64,000 nt of DNA, taken from positions 410 through 64,409 of the forward strand of contig JALNYF010000001.1 in the NCBI GenBank assembly GCA_023229985.1. The letters run 5' to 3'. Positions within the stretch are counted from its first letter, which is position 1. Each line of letters opens with the position of its first letter. The stretch is from Bacteroidales bacterium. Lineage in GTDB: Bacteria; Bacteroidota; Bacteroidia; Bacteroidales; WCHB1-69. Positions 56,651 to 64,000 of the stretch are shown here, piece by piece. The notes under the pieces are model-generated. The model had not been told where the DNA came from, did not search any database, and saw only the letters and a list, made by a program, of their open reading frames with translations. Both the position numbers and the translations under genes were made by a program.

Positions 56651-57550
56651 TTAATTATTTACGTGCCAAAAATCATAATAATTGAACCATTGTTCGGGAT
56701 ATTGACGTAAGATTTTATCCATCGCTTTGCCATATTCGTTTGCCAGATATTTGCTTTTTTCCCTTATATTGAGTGGATTTTTGGGGAGATTAAGTTGAGT
56801 AAGATAGCCCGAATAGTGCAAGGATTTTTCTTTCATGACAGCAACAAAGATGGCTTGCACTTCCAATTGCGCTGCCATAATAAAAGGTCCTAACGGGAGA
56901 GATGCCTGTTTCCCCATAAAATTCACGGGAATTTGTTTATTGCTGCCCCAAACACGGTCGCACAAAATGATGATAATACCTCCGTTATCCAAGGCTTTCT
57001 TAATTTCAAAAATATGCGACATATCTTCTTGTATAGGAATAAGATGAATATTGTTTTTCCGAAGCGATTCATCTCTTTTGTTCTGTAAGGCAGCACCCTC
57101 ACCGCCGTAAATGAGGCAATGAACCTGCTTTCGGTTTTGACGAAGGCAATGACCGATAATTTCAAAATTCCCGATATGCGCCGCCATCAAAATGAAACCT
57201 TCGGGTTGCGATAGCAATGTTTCAAATTGACTCACATTGTCGATGTCAATTGAAAACTGACCGGTATTCCCGGCGAGTACGGCAAACTTATCTAATACGA
57301 CACGTCCAAATACCATGTGATTTCGAATAGTTTTTCGGAAAGATTTCCATTTTGAATAATGATGTATTTCTCTAAAATAACGATAAATACTTCTAAAATC
57401 TTTTGCTCTGAAAAGACAATAAAACGGAACAACACAAAACAGAATGGAATAAAATAGGTTAACCTTGATGGATTTTAAAACCAAAAACAAAAATTTCTGT
57501 CCGAAATTTCCACCTCCTGTTTTCCCCGTCCACTGTTTTTGCTGAGTCAT
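56651..57550 (-). CDS. LpxL/HtrB-like lysophospholipid acyltransferase (LPLAT)
   Basis: N-terminal TM segment, 'AAHIGNFEI' His box, 299 aa. The position next to an ACP matches APE/flexirubin loci. Confidence 0.7.
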   Translation of the reverse strand: MTQQKQWTGKTGGGNFGQKFLFLVLKSIKVNLFYSILFCVVPFYCLFRAKDFRSIYRYFREIHHYSKWKSFRKTIRNHMVFGRVVLDKFAVLAGNTGQFSIDIDNVSQFETLLSQPEGFILMAAHIGNFEIIGHCLRQNRKQVHCLIYGGEGAALQNKRDESLRKNNIHLIPIQEDMSHIFEIKKALDNGGIIIILCDRVWGSNKQIPVNFMGKQASLPLGPFIMAAQLEVQAIFVAVMKEKSLHYSGYLTQLNLPKNPLNIREKSKYLANEYGKAMDKILRQYPEQWFNYYDFWHVNN

Positions 57551-57554
57551 TATT

Positions 57555-57797
57555 CTATTGAATTTTGGCTACTACATAATCGTAAAATTGTGATAATGTT
57601 TTCACATCTTTCATCTCTTCGGGCTTGATTTTAATACCGAAAGTTTTTTCAACTTCTGCAGCGATGTCCACAAAATCGAGACTGTCAATGTGTAAATCTT
57701 CTTTTAGTAAAGCATCGGCATTCAATAAGGCTTCTTCAACTTCTAATTCATTGATTAAGAAATTATTAATCGTTTTTTCGATGGTTTCTCTATTCAT
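57555..57797 (-). CDS. Acyl carrier protein
   Basis: 80 aa with 'LHIDSLDFVDI' phosphopantetheine site. Confidence 0.9.
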   Translation of the reverse strand: MNRETIEKTINNFLINELEVEEALLNADALLKEDLHIDSLDFVDIAAEVEKTFGIKIKPEEMKDVKTLSQFYDYVVAKIQ

Positions 57798-57799
57798 AA

Positions 57800-59023
57800 T
57801 TATTTTTTTATTTTTTTAATCACTAAAGCACTGTTGGTTCCTCCGAATCCAAAAGAATTGGATAACACCACATCAATATTTTTTTCTAACGTATGAGGAA
57901 CGATATTGAGATTGACGGCGCAGTCGTCGGGTTGTTCAAAATTGATATTGGGGGCGATAAATGAGCTTAGCATCATGAGGTTTGAGTAAACGATTTCGCT
58001 GGCACCCGCCATCCAACATTCGTGTCCAGTCATGGATTTGGTAGAAGAAATGGGAGTTTTATGCGGAGCAAAAAGTTTATTCAACGCCACGGCTTCGTGG
58101 GCGTCTCCTTGTTGAGTGGAGGTAGCGTGGGCATTGATATAATCAACTTCAGCGGCTGTAATTTGAGCATCTATCAGGGCGCGTTCCATGGCAATGAGGG
58201 AACCGGAATCGCTGGCTTGTGAAATATTGGCACCATTGGAAGAGAAACCGTAGCCGGCAACTTCCCCCAAAATGGTGGCACCGCGTTTCACGGCATGTTC
58301 GTATTCTTCCAAAATGACGGTGGCAGCACCGCCGCTGGGTACCAACCCATCACGGTTTTTATCAAACGGGCGGGAGGCGCGCGTTGGCTCATCGATGCGG
58401 GTCGAAAAGGCACTAATACCGTCAAAACTGCCCATCGACAAGTAGTTGGTCTCTTGAGCACCCCCGCAAATTATCAAGTCTTGTAAACCATGGCGAATCA
58501 AAGTCATTCCTAAACCTATGGAATGTGAACCACTTGCACATGCCGCACTGATGGTCATATTGATACCTTTCAGTCTGAAGATGGTGGACAAATTCATGGT
58601 GACGGTTGAGTTCATGGATTGGAAGATGGGACCCGAGCCCTGTATCGTTGTGTCTTTGGTTTGCAAAGTTAAGGTATGAGCGTCAATGACGGCTTTTGCC
58701 GATGAATCGTTGCCATACAAAATGCCAACTTCATTTTGGTTCAAATAATCTAAGTCAATATGGGCATTTTGTAGTGCCTCGACAGTTGCCATGTAAGCAT
58801 ATTCACCTTCTTCTGCCAAGCAGATTCGGGAGCGGCGGTCTAAAAGCGGTTTTAAATAGGGACGTTTCAAAATTCCCGTCAACGGTGAGCGATAACCATA
58901 TTCAATTCTTGCAGGGTCAATGCCGATGCCCGACTTCCCCATATACAATGACTGTCTGACTTCTTCCAGATTTTTCCCTAAACAAGAGTAAATTCCTATG
59001 CCTGTAATTACAACGCGTCTCAT
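57800..59023 (-). CDS. Beta-ketoacyl-ACP synthase (KS, FabB/F-like, Cys-His-His)
   Basis: 'SAACASGSHS', 'NAHATSTQQGD', 'KSMTGHECWMAGA', 'NSFGFGGTNS'. Confidence 0.85.
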   Translation of the reverse strand: MRRVVITGIGIYSCLGKNLEEVRQSLYMGKSGIGIDPARIEYGYRSPLTGILKRPYLKPLLDRRSRICLAEEGEYAYMATVEALQNAHIDLDYLNQNEVGILYGNDSSAKAVIDAHTLTLQTKDTTIQGSGPIFQSMNSTVTMNLSTIFRLKGINMTISAACASGSHSIGLGMTLIRHGLQDLIICGGAQETNYLSMGSFDGISAFSTRIDEPTRASRPFDKNRDGLVPSGGAATVILEEYEHAVKRGATILGEVAGYGFSSNGANISQASDSGSLIAMERALIDAQITAAEVDYINAHATSTQQGDAHEAVALNKLFAPHKTPISSTKSMTGHECWMAGASEIVYSNLMMLSSFIAPNINFEQPDDCAVNLNIVPHTLEKNIDVVLSNSFGFGGTNSALVIKKIKK

Positions 59024-59042
59024 ATAAGTGTTTATGAATTAA

Positions 59043-59771
59043 TTAAGTATAAAGTCCTCCATTAATGGAAATTACCTCACCCGTAATGTAAGCGGCTTGG
59101 TCGGAGGCAAGAAATCCAACTAAATCAGCCACTTCCTCAGGTTCGCCAAATCTTCCGGTAGGAATCATTTTTTTGAGAGTGACTTCATCTAAATCTTTGG
59201 TCATGTCGGTTGCAATAAAACCGGGGGCAACGGCATTCACGGTTACTTTGCGCGGGGCTACTTCCTGTGCCAATGCCTTGGTAGCACCAATCAGTGCAGC
59301 TTTTGCCGCCGAATAATTGACTTGCCCGGGCAACCCTTTTATTCCGGACAAAGAGACAATATTGATGATCCGTCCGTAGCGATGAGTTAGCATATTTTTT
59401 AGCAATCGGCGGGTAACGTAAAAAAATCCGTTCAAGGAGGTATCTAAAACGTTGTGCCATTGTTCATCTTGCATAAATATCAGCATAGTATCTTGGCGCA
59501 CACCCGCGTTATTGACTAATACTTCAATGTAATCATTGGGGTGGTTGTTTTGCCACTGTTCCAATGCTTCTTCAATAGCGGCAGGGCTAGATACGTCGAA
59601 AGGAAGAAGCTCTGCAACCCCATTTTGATTTTCTGTCATTTGTTTTGTTACCAAGGCTGCGGATTCATTTCGGGCGTAATTAATAATTACGGCATAACCC
59701 ATCTTACTTAATTGTAAACAAACAGCCCTTCCAATGCCTCGGGAGCCACCGGTTACCAACGCATATTTCAT
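59043..59771 (-). CDS. fabG: 3-oxoacyl-ACP reductase (SDR, FabG-like)
   Basis: 'TGGSRGIGRA', 'NNAG', 'YSAAKAA', 'INGG'. Confidence 0.85.
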   Translation of the reverse strand: MKYALVTGGSRGIGRAVCLQLSKMGYAVIINYARNESAALVTKQMTENQNGVAELLPFDVSSPAAIEEALEQWQNNHPNDYIEVLVNNAGVRQDTMLIFMQDEQWHNVLDTSLNGFFYVTRRLLKNMLTHRYGRIINIVSLSGIKGLPGQVNYSAAKAALIGATKALAQEVAPRKVTVNAVAPGFIATDMTKDLDEVTLKKMIPTGRFGEPEEVADLVGFLASDQAAYITGEVISINGGLYT

Positions 59772-59772
59772 C

Positions 59773-61281
59773 TTACAAATCCAAGTTTTTATTTTTTAAA
59801 TAATCTATTATATGCTGAATGTCCTCATATTTGGGAGTATCTTCAACAAAAGCGGGAACAATGTTCCGGACTTCCTTATAGAACTCGCGACTGACATTTG
59901 CCAATTTGTTTTCAATTTTCAAACAATCAACCGCCTGAACCAATGAGATATAATAAACAGCCATTACCTGATATGCGTTGTCGATAACCCGTTTGGCAAG
60001 AATGGCAGAATTGGTTCCCATACTTACAACATCTTGATTATCATTATTATTAGGAATACTATGCACGTACATAGAGTTCGATAATGTTTGGCATTCGGCA
60101 GTGGTAGAAGTAGCTGTAAATTGCATGGCTTGCACGCCATAATTGAGTCCTAATTTACCAAGATTCAAGAAAGGAGGCAATATTTCGTTAATTTTGTCGT
60201 GACACAGATAATTCAGTTGTCGTTCCATCAGCATCGTCAATTTGGTTATGGCAATTTTCAGTTTGTCCATTTCAAAAGAAACATAATCTCCGTGGAAGTT
60301 TCCGCCGTGATAAACGGTTTGAGTATCAATATCCACGATGGGATTATCATCTACAGCGTTGAGTTCTTCGGTGAGAATTTGTTCGGTATATAAAAGAGTA
60401 TCCCAGATGGGACCCAAGATTTGTGGGGTACAGCGCAATGAGTAGTAGGGTTGTACTTTATGTTTAAAGATGTGTTCTTGGTGAGGGTGGTACATTTCCA
60501 CTTCGCGTTTGAGCAGACATTGGCTTCCTTGGGTTAGTTTAACCATTTGGCGAGCCACTTCCGATTGCCCATAGTGCCCTTTCACATCATTGAGTTCGGG
60601 GGCGAGAAAATCGTCGTAAGACGCAGCAATTTCGTTAATCATCACCGATGCCGACAATGCTAATTTTAGTAATTTTTTTGCGTAGAACAGATTCACTATT
60701 CCGACGCCGGTCATCATGGCGGTTCCGTTAGTCAGTGCCAAACCTTCGCGTAAATGCGGGTGTATGGGTTTCAGGTTGAGTTGTTGCAGAACGTCTGCGG
60801 TTTTTTGTTTTTTGCCTTGGTAAAAAACGTAGCCTTCGCCGATTAAGGTGAGAGCCAAGTGGGCTAATTGCACCAAGTCACCGCTGGCACCAACGCTGCC
60901 GTGTTGTGGAATGAACGGGAAAATACTATGATTGATAAAAGCAGCCAAGAGTTCCATCACGTCGATATGAACGCCGGATTTGCCATTGGCAAAAGTTTGG
61001 AATCGAGCCAACATGGCGGCTTTTACGTATATTGGAGCAAAAGGTTCGCCGGCACCGCACGAGTGACTGCGGATGATATTATATTGCAAAGACAATAAAT
61101 CGTTATCGTCAATTCGGTATTGTGCCATGGGTCCGAATCCGGTATTGATGCCATAGATGATTTTATCTTTTGCAAAATCTGACAGGAAAGTGTAGCTTGC
61201 CTCAATTCTTTTTCTTGTTTCCGAATCCAACACCAAAGGTTCTTCTGAAAACAATATTTTCTCAACTTCTTTTATTTTCAT
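59773..61281 (-). CDS. Aromatic amino acid ammonia-lyase (HAL/PAL family; tyrosine ammonia-lyase-like, flexirubin-type)
   Basis: MIO-forming 'GSVGASGDLVQLAH', and 'YGINTGFGPMAQYRI'. I prefer the ATG at 61281 over the listed GTG at 61287. The context is PKS genes, not hut genes. Confidence 0.8.
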   Translation of the reverse strand: MKIKEVEKILFSEEPLVLDSETRKRIEASYTFLSDFAKDKIIYGINTGFGPMAQYRIDDNDLLSLQYNIIRSHSCGAGEPFAPIYVKAAMLARFQTFANGKSGVHIDVMELLAAFINHSIFPFIPQHGSVGASGDLVQLAHLALTLIGEGYVFYQGKKQKTADVLQQLNLKPIHPHLREGLALTNGTAMMTGVGIVNLFYAKKLLKLALSASVMINEIAASYDDFLAPELNDVKGHYGQSEVARQMVKLTQGSQCLLKREVEMYHPHQEHIFKHKVQPYYSLRCTPQILGPIWDTLLYTEQILTEELNAVDDNPIVDIDTQTVYHGGNFHGDYVSFEMDKLKIAITKLTMLMERQLNYLCHDKINEILPPFLNLGKLGLNYGVQAMQFTATSTTAECQTLSNSMYVHSIPNNNDNQDVVSMGTNSAILAKRVIDNAYQVMAVYYISLVQAVDCLKIENKLANVSREFYKEVRNIVPAFVEDTPKYEDIQHIIDYLKNKNLDL

Positions 61282-61366
61282 TTGCACATTAATTTACGCT
61301 TTCATTTTTAAATTTCTTGAAATAGGGCATGTTACACTATTTCATTTCTGTCAAAAAATGAGGTGG

Positions 61367-61374
61367 CAAAGATA
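61367..61374 (-). promoter_or_regulatory. Bacteroidetes-type -7 box (TATCTTTG on the minus strand), candidate promoter of the PKS operon
   Basis: caaagata on the + strand, 86 nt upstream of the ATG at 61281. It is the only such box I see between 41.4 and 61.4 kb in intergenic sequence. Confidence 0.5.
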
Positions 61375-61390
61375 CAACATTTTTTGATTA

Positions 61391-63154
61391 TCAGCTAAAT
61401 AATTTTATTATTTTATCGGCGAATTTGGTAGCGATAAAGTTTCGTCTTAATTTCAGGGTAGGAGTTAGTTCGCCGGTAGCCACGCTCCATTCGTAATCTA
61501 TTAATTCATAGCGAATTATCTTTTCTGTATCTCCAAATGAGGCGTTATATTTAGCTACAATTTTCTTAAATTTTCGGATTACATCCGGGTGGTTAATCAT
61601 TTCTTCATTGGTAGTGTAGGCAATTCCCTTTCTGTCGCACCATGAGCGTAAATCGTTAAAATTGGGGACGATAAGAGCGGCGGCAAATTGCTTGTTTTCG
61701 CCGAGCACCATGATATTGTCGATAAGGGATTCTTCGTTGAATTTATTTTCAATGATGGTAGGGACGATGTATTTTCCGAAAGCGGTTTTAAACATCTCTT
61801 TTTTTCTGCCGGTGATTCGGAGTTGTCCTTTCGGTTCAAAGTGTCCGATGTCGCCGGTATGGAACCAGCCGTCGGGATCGATCGCCTCTTTGGTCAGGTC
61901 TTCTGCCTTATAGTATCCCTGTGTAACGCAATGTCCGCGGGTAAGTATTTCGCCGTCTTCTGCAATTTTGACTTCAATTCCGGGCAGCGGCTGACCGACG
62001 GTTCCGAACATAAGTCCATTTTCAAAGAAGTCGCTTACAGCAATTACGGGGGAGGTTTCGGTCAAGCCATAGCCTTCCAATACGGGCATTTCGGCTGCCC
62101 AAAACAATCTGCTCAGGCGGGGTTGTATGGCGGCTCCTCCGGATACAATGACATCAATTTTCCCGCCTAATGCGGCTTTCCATTTAGAGAGTACCAATTT
62201 TCGGGCAATTTTGAGTTTTAAACGATAGAGTTTGGATACGTTTTCCAATTCGAAGCTCGTTGCTATGCTATCTGCCCAAAAGAAGATGCGTTTTTTAATA
62301 CCTTTTTGTTTACGTCCGGTTGCGATGATTTTGTCATAAAACTTTTCCAATAATCGCGGAACGGTCGTAAAGATGGTGGGCTTTATTTCCCGCATGTTGT
62401 CGGCAATGGTTGGTAAACTTTCGGCATAATAGATGGGAATCCCCAGAAATTGCCATGCATAGTTCATCATTCTTTCGTAGATATGGCAAAGCGGAAGATA
62501 GCTCAATACGCGATTATGAGATTGTATCGGCACGATGGGTACAATAGCCTTGAAATTATTGATAATGTTTCGGTGCGTCAGTATCACGCCTTTCATGTTT
62601 CCGGTTGTGCCGGAAGTATAAATCAATGTCATGATATCATCGGGCGAGATGCGTTCTTTGATTTCGTCCAAGTATTGTGGACTGGGGTTTGCCATTCCTA
62701 ACTCAATCACTTCGTTCAGGTGACGATAGCCGCGTAAGTTCCTGAAAGTGTATACATTATCTTTTATTTCCGGTATTTCGGAAATGATATTCTCGATTTT
62801 GCGGAGGATGTCCCAGCCGGAAACAAAAACCATTTTTACCTCTGCGTGGTGCAGAATATATTTGTAGTCGTTTTCGCTGATAGTGGGATAAATAGCGACG
62901 TGGATAGCACCTAATTGCAGAATTGCCATATCCAAGAAATTCCATTCCGGACGACCGGAACTGATGGTGGCGATTTTGTCTCCTTTTTTGATCCCCAATT
63001 GCATTAAACCGTAACTGATATTATTTACGGTTTCAATATATTGATTAATGCTATAGTGTCGCCAAACACCGTTTTGTTTTCCACAAAGCGCGTCATTTCT
63101 TTGAAAATGAAGAGCATAATGTGGTAAGATGTCAAATACGCGTGTTACCTCCAT
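61391..63154 (-). CDS. Long-chain-fatty-acid--CoA ligase-like AMP-dependent synthetase
   Basis: 'YTSGTTGNMKGV', 'GYGLTETSP', 'WFHTGDIG', 'GRKKEMFK'. 587 aa. Confidence 0.8.
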   Translation of the reverse strand: MEVTRVFDILPHYALHFQRNDALCGKQNGVWRHYSINQYIETVNNISYGLMQLGIKKGDKIATISSGRPEWNFLDMAILQLGAIHVAIYPTISENDYKYILHHAEVKMVFVSGWDILRKIENIISEIPEIKDNVYTFRNLRGYRHLNEVIELGMANPSPQYLDEIKERISPDDIMTLIYTSGTTGNMKGVILTHRNIINNFKAIVPIVPIQSHNRVLSYLPLCHIYERMMNYAWQFLGIPIYYAESLPTIADNMREIKPTIFTTVPRLLEKFYDKIIATGRKQKGIKKRIFFWADSIATSFELENVSKLYRLKLKIARKLVLSKWKAALGGKIDVIVSGGAAIQPRLSRLFWAAEMPVLEGYGLTETSPVIAVSDFFENGLMFGTVGQPLPGIEVKIAEDGEILTRGHCVTQGYYKAEDLTKEAIDPDGWFHTGDIGHFEPKGQLRITGRKKEMFKTAFGKYIVPTIIENKFNEESLIDNIMVLGENKQFAAALIVPNFNDLRSWCDRKGIAYTTNEEMINHPDVIRKFKKIVAKYNASFGDTEKIIRYELIDYEWSVATGELTPTLKLRRNFIATKFADKIIKLFS

Positions 63155-63166
63155 ATCATGTCGTTG

Positions 63167-63901
63167 TTATTTAACGACTAATTTCTTCGTTGATACGATT
63201 TTATTATCAACTTCTAAAGAGTAGAAATAGATTTCCGAAACCAAATTGGAAATGTCTAAAACGGATTTTCCTTTGGCTGCCGAAACCGGAACAGACATGA
63301 TTTTGCTTCCGATTAAATTGGTTAGTACGATATTTGATTTCGCTCCGAAGCGATAATTTGACAAGTCATATTGAACAGTAACCTCACTGTTTGCCGGATT
63401 TGGGTAAGCAGTAAAGCTATTGACGCGAATGGGCATTTCGGAAATGCCAACTCCTTCTGACGAAAATTTGACAAAAACGGAATCAGCAAGAACATTTTCT
63501 ACAAAAAACATATATTTCACAATACTTACTCCCACGTTGCCGCGTGCATTATACAGAATGTGGAATTGTAAAAAATCGGATGTCTGACCGGCTCCCAATA
63601 CTAACATACGACGTGCCGTGTCCACATTTTCACCATAGCAAACATCTAAACAAAACGAATTATAGCTCCCAGGAAGAATAGAGATGTTTTTCTTCACAAT
63701 CAGAACGGATATTTCATCTTCCGTATTATTATTTACCCCAATGGTAAGTTCATAATCGTCTGCATTGGGTGCAGGGTCGATATTTGGTATTAACAACGTG
63801 TCTCCCAGCTCGTTACCTTGATAAAAAAGTTTCACGTCTTGCGCAAAACCGAGCGTGAGTGAGGCCGATAAAATCAGTAAAAGTATAGATAGTCTTTTCA
63901 T
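63167..63901 (-). CDS. T9SS type-A-sorted secreted protein of unknown function
   Basis: Signal peptide 'MKRLSILLLILSASLTLGFAQ'. C-terminal 'AYPNPANSEVTVQYDL...EIYFYSLEVDNK...KLVV' Por sorting domain. Confidence 0.75.
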   Translation of the reverse strand: MKRLSILLLILSASLTLGFAQDVKLFYQGNELGDTLLIPNIDPAPNADDYELTIGVNNNTEDEISVLIVKKNISILPGSYNSFCLDVCYGENVDTARRMLVLGAGQTSDFLQFHILYNARGNVGVSIVKYMFFVENVLADSVFVKFSSEGVGISEMPIRVNSFTAYPNPANSEVTVQYDLSNYRFGAKSNIVLTNLIGSKIMSVPVSAAKGKSVLDISNLVSEIYFYSLEVDNKIVSTKKLVVK

Positions 63902-63925
63902 AATATTTCATTTTAAATTCAACTG

Positions 63926-63933
63926 CAAAAATA
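63926..63933 (-). promoter_or_regulatory. Bacteroidetes-type -7 box (TATTTTTG on the minus strand)
   Basis: caaaaata on the + strand, 25 nt upstream of the ATG at 63901. Confidence 0.5.
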
Positions 63934-64000
63934 TCATTTTTATTTTAATTGCGACTGTTTTTTTAAAAAATAATATAAAATGTTTATTACCAATTACTTG

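Noticed and set aside
59773-61281. The ammonia-lyase as a histidine-utilisation enzyme (HutH).
   Set aside because: No hutU, hutI or hutG genes are nearby. It is the first gene of a PKS operon, and its N-terminal region matches the flexirubin-type tyrosine ammonia-lyases as I remember them. Substrate specificity still needs experimental or alignment confirmation.
61391-63154. The 587-aa AMP-dependent synthetase as the 4-coumarate-CoA ligase of the pigment cluster.
   Set aside because: It is a FadD-like long-chain acyl-CoA synthetase by length and motifs. A -7 box and a 103-nt gap separate it from the lyase gene, and it is coupled instead to the upstream T9SS cargo gene. The PaaK-like ligase inside the operon is the better candidate. 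Involvement cannot be fully excluded.

Overview
AT-rich chromosomal segment of Bacteroidota type: TAnnTTTG -7 promoter boxes, T9SS type A and type B C-terminal sorting domains, and many lipoprotein signal peptides. I call about 55 protein genes and one tRNA-Phe(GAA). I saw no rRNA, CRISPR array, transposase or integrase. The left two thirds mix housekeeping genes with six large T9SS-secreted adhesin-like proteins, two of them a tandem paralogue pair. The housekeeping genes include lepB, a parvulin PPIase, a YfcC-type carrier, an MBOAT, two rhomboids, a Sir2 deacylase, nspC, pruA and udk. The right third (about 41.4-61.4 kb) is a 21-gene, single-strand, tightly coupled flexirubin/aryl-polyene-type type II PKS operon. 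It encodes a tyrosine-ammonia-lyase-like enzyme, 3 KS plus 1 KS-like, 2 ACP, 2 hotdog dehydratases, KR, thioesterase, methyltransferase, LPLAT, GT2 and an MMPL-acyltransferase-methyltransferase-like fusion. This BGC class is already known. The candidates for undescribed biology are its accessory genes. Those are a terminal module (B12-radical SAM, a 125-aa unknown, a signal-peptide alpha/beta hydrolase, a PaaK-like ligase) and a separately promoted BtrH-like/PlsC-like/GNAT trio just downstream, with no DarB-type KSIII in view. Three sequence-level oddities stand out. Nested REP-like inverted repeats sit in an 806-bp intergenic region. A perfect 28-bp inverted repeat plus a 45-nt in-frame duplication lies inside a lipoprotein signal peptide. 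An internally deleted Na/Pi cotransporter remnant is present. I found no convincing phage-defence or mobile element. All domain calls come from motif reading by eye, not from searches.
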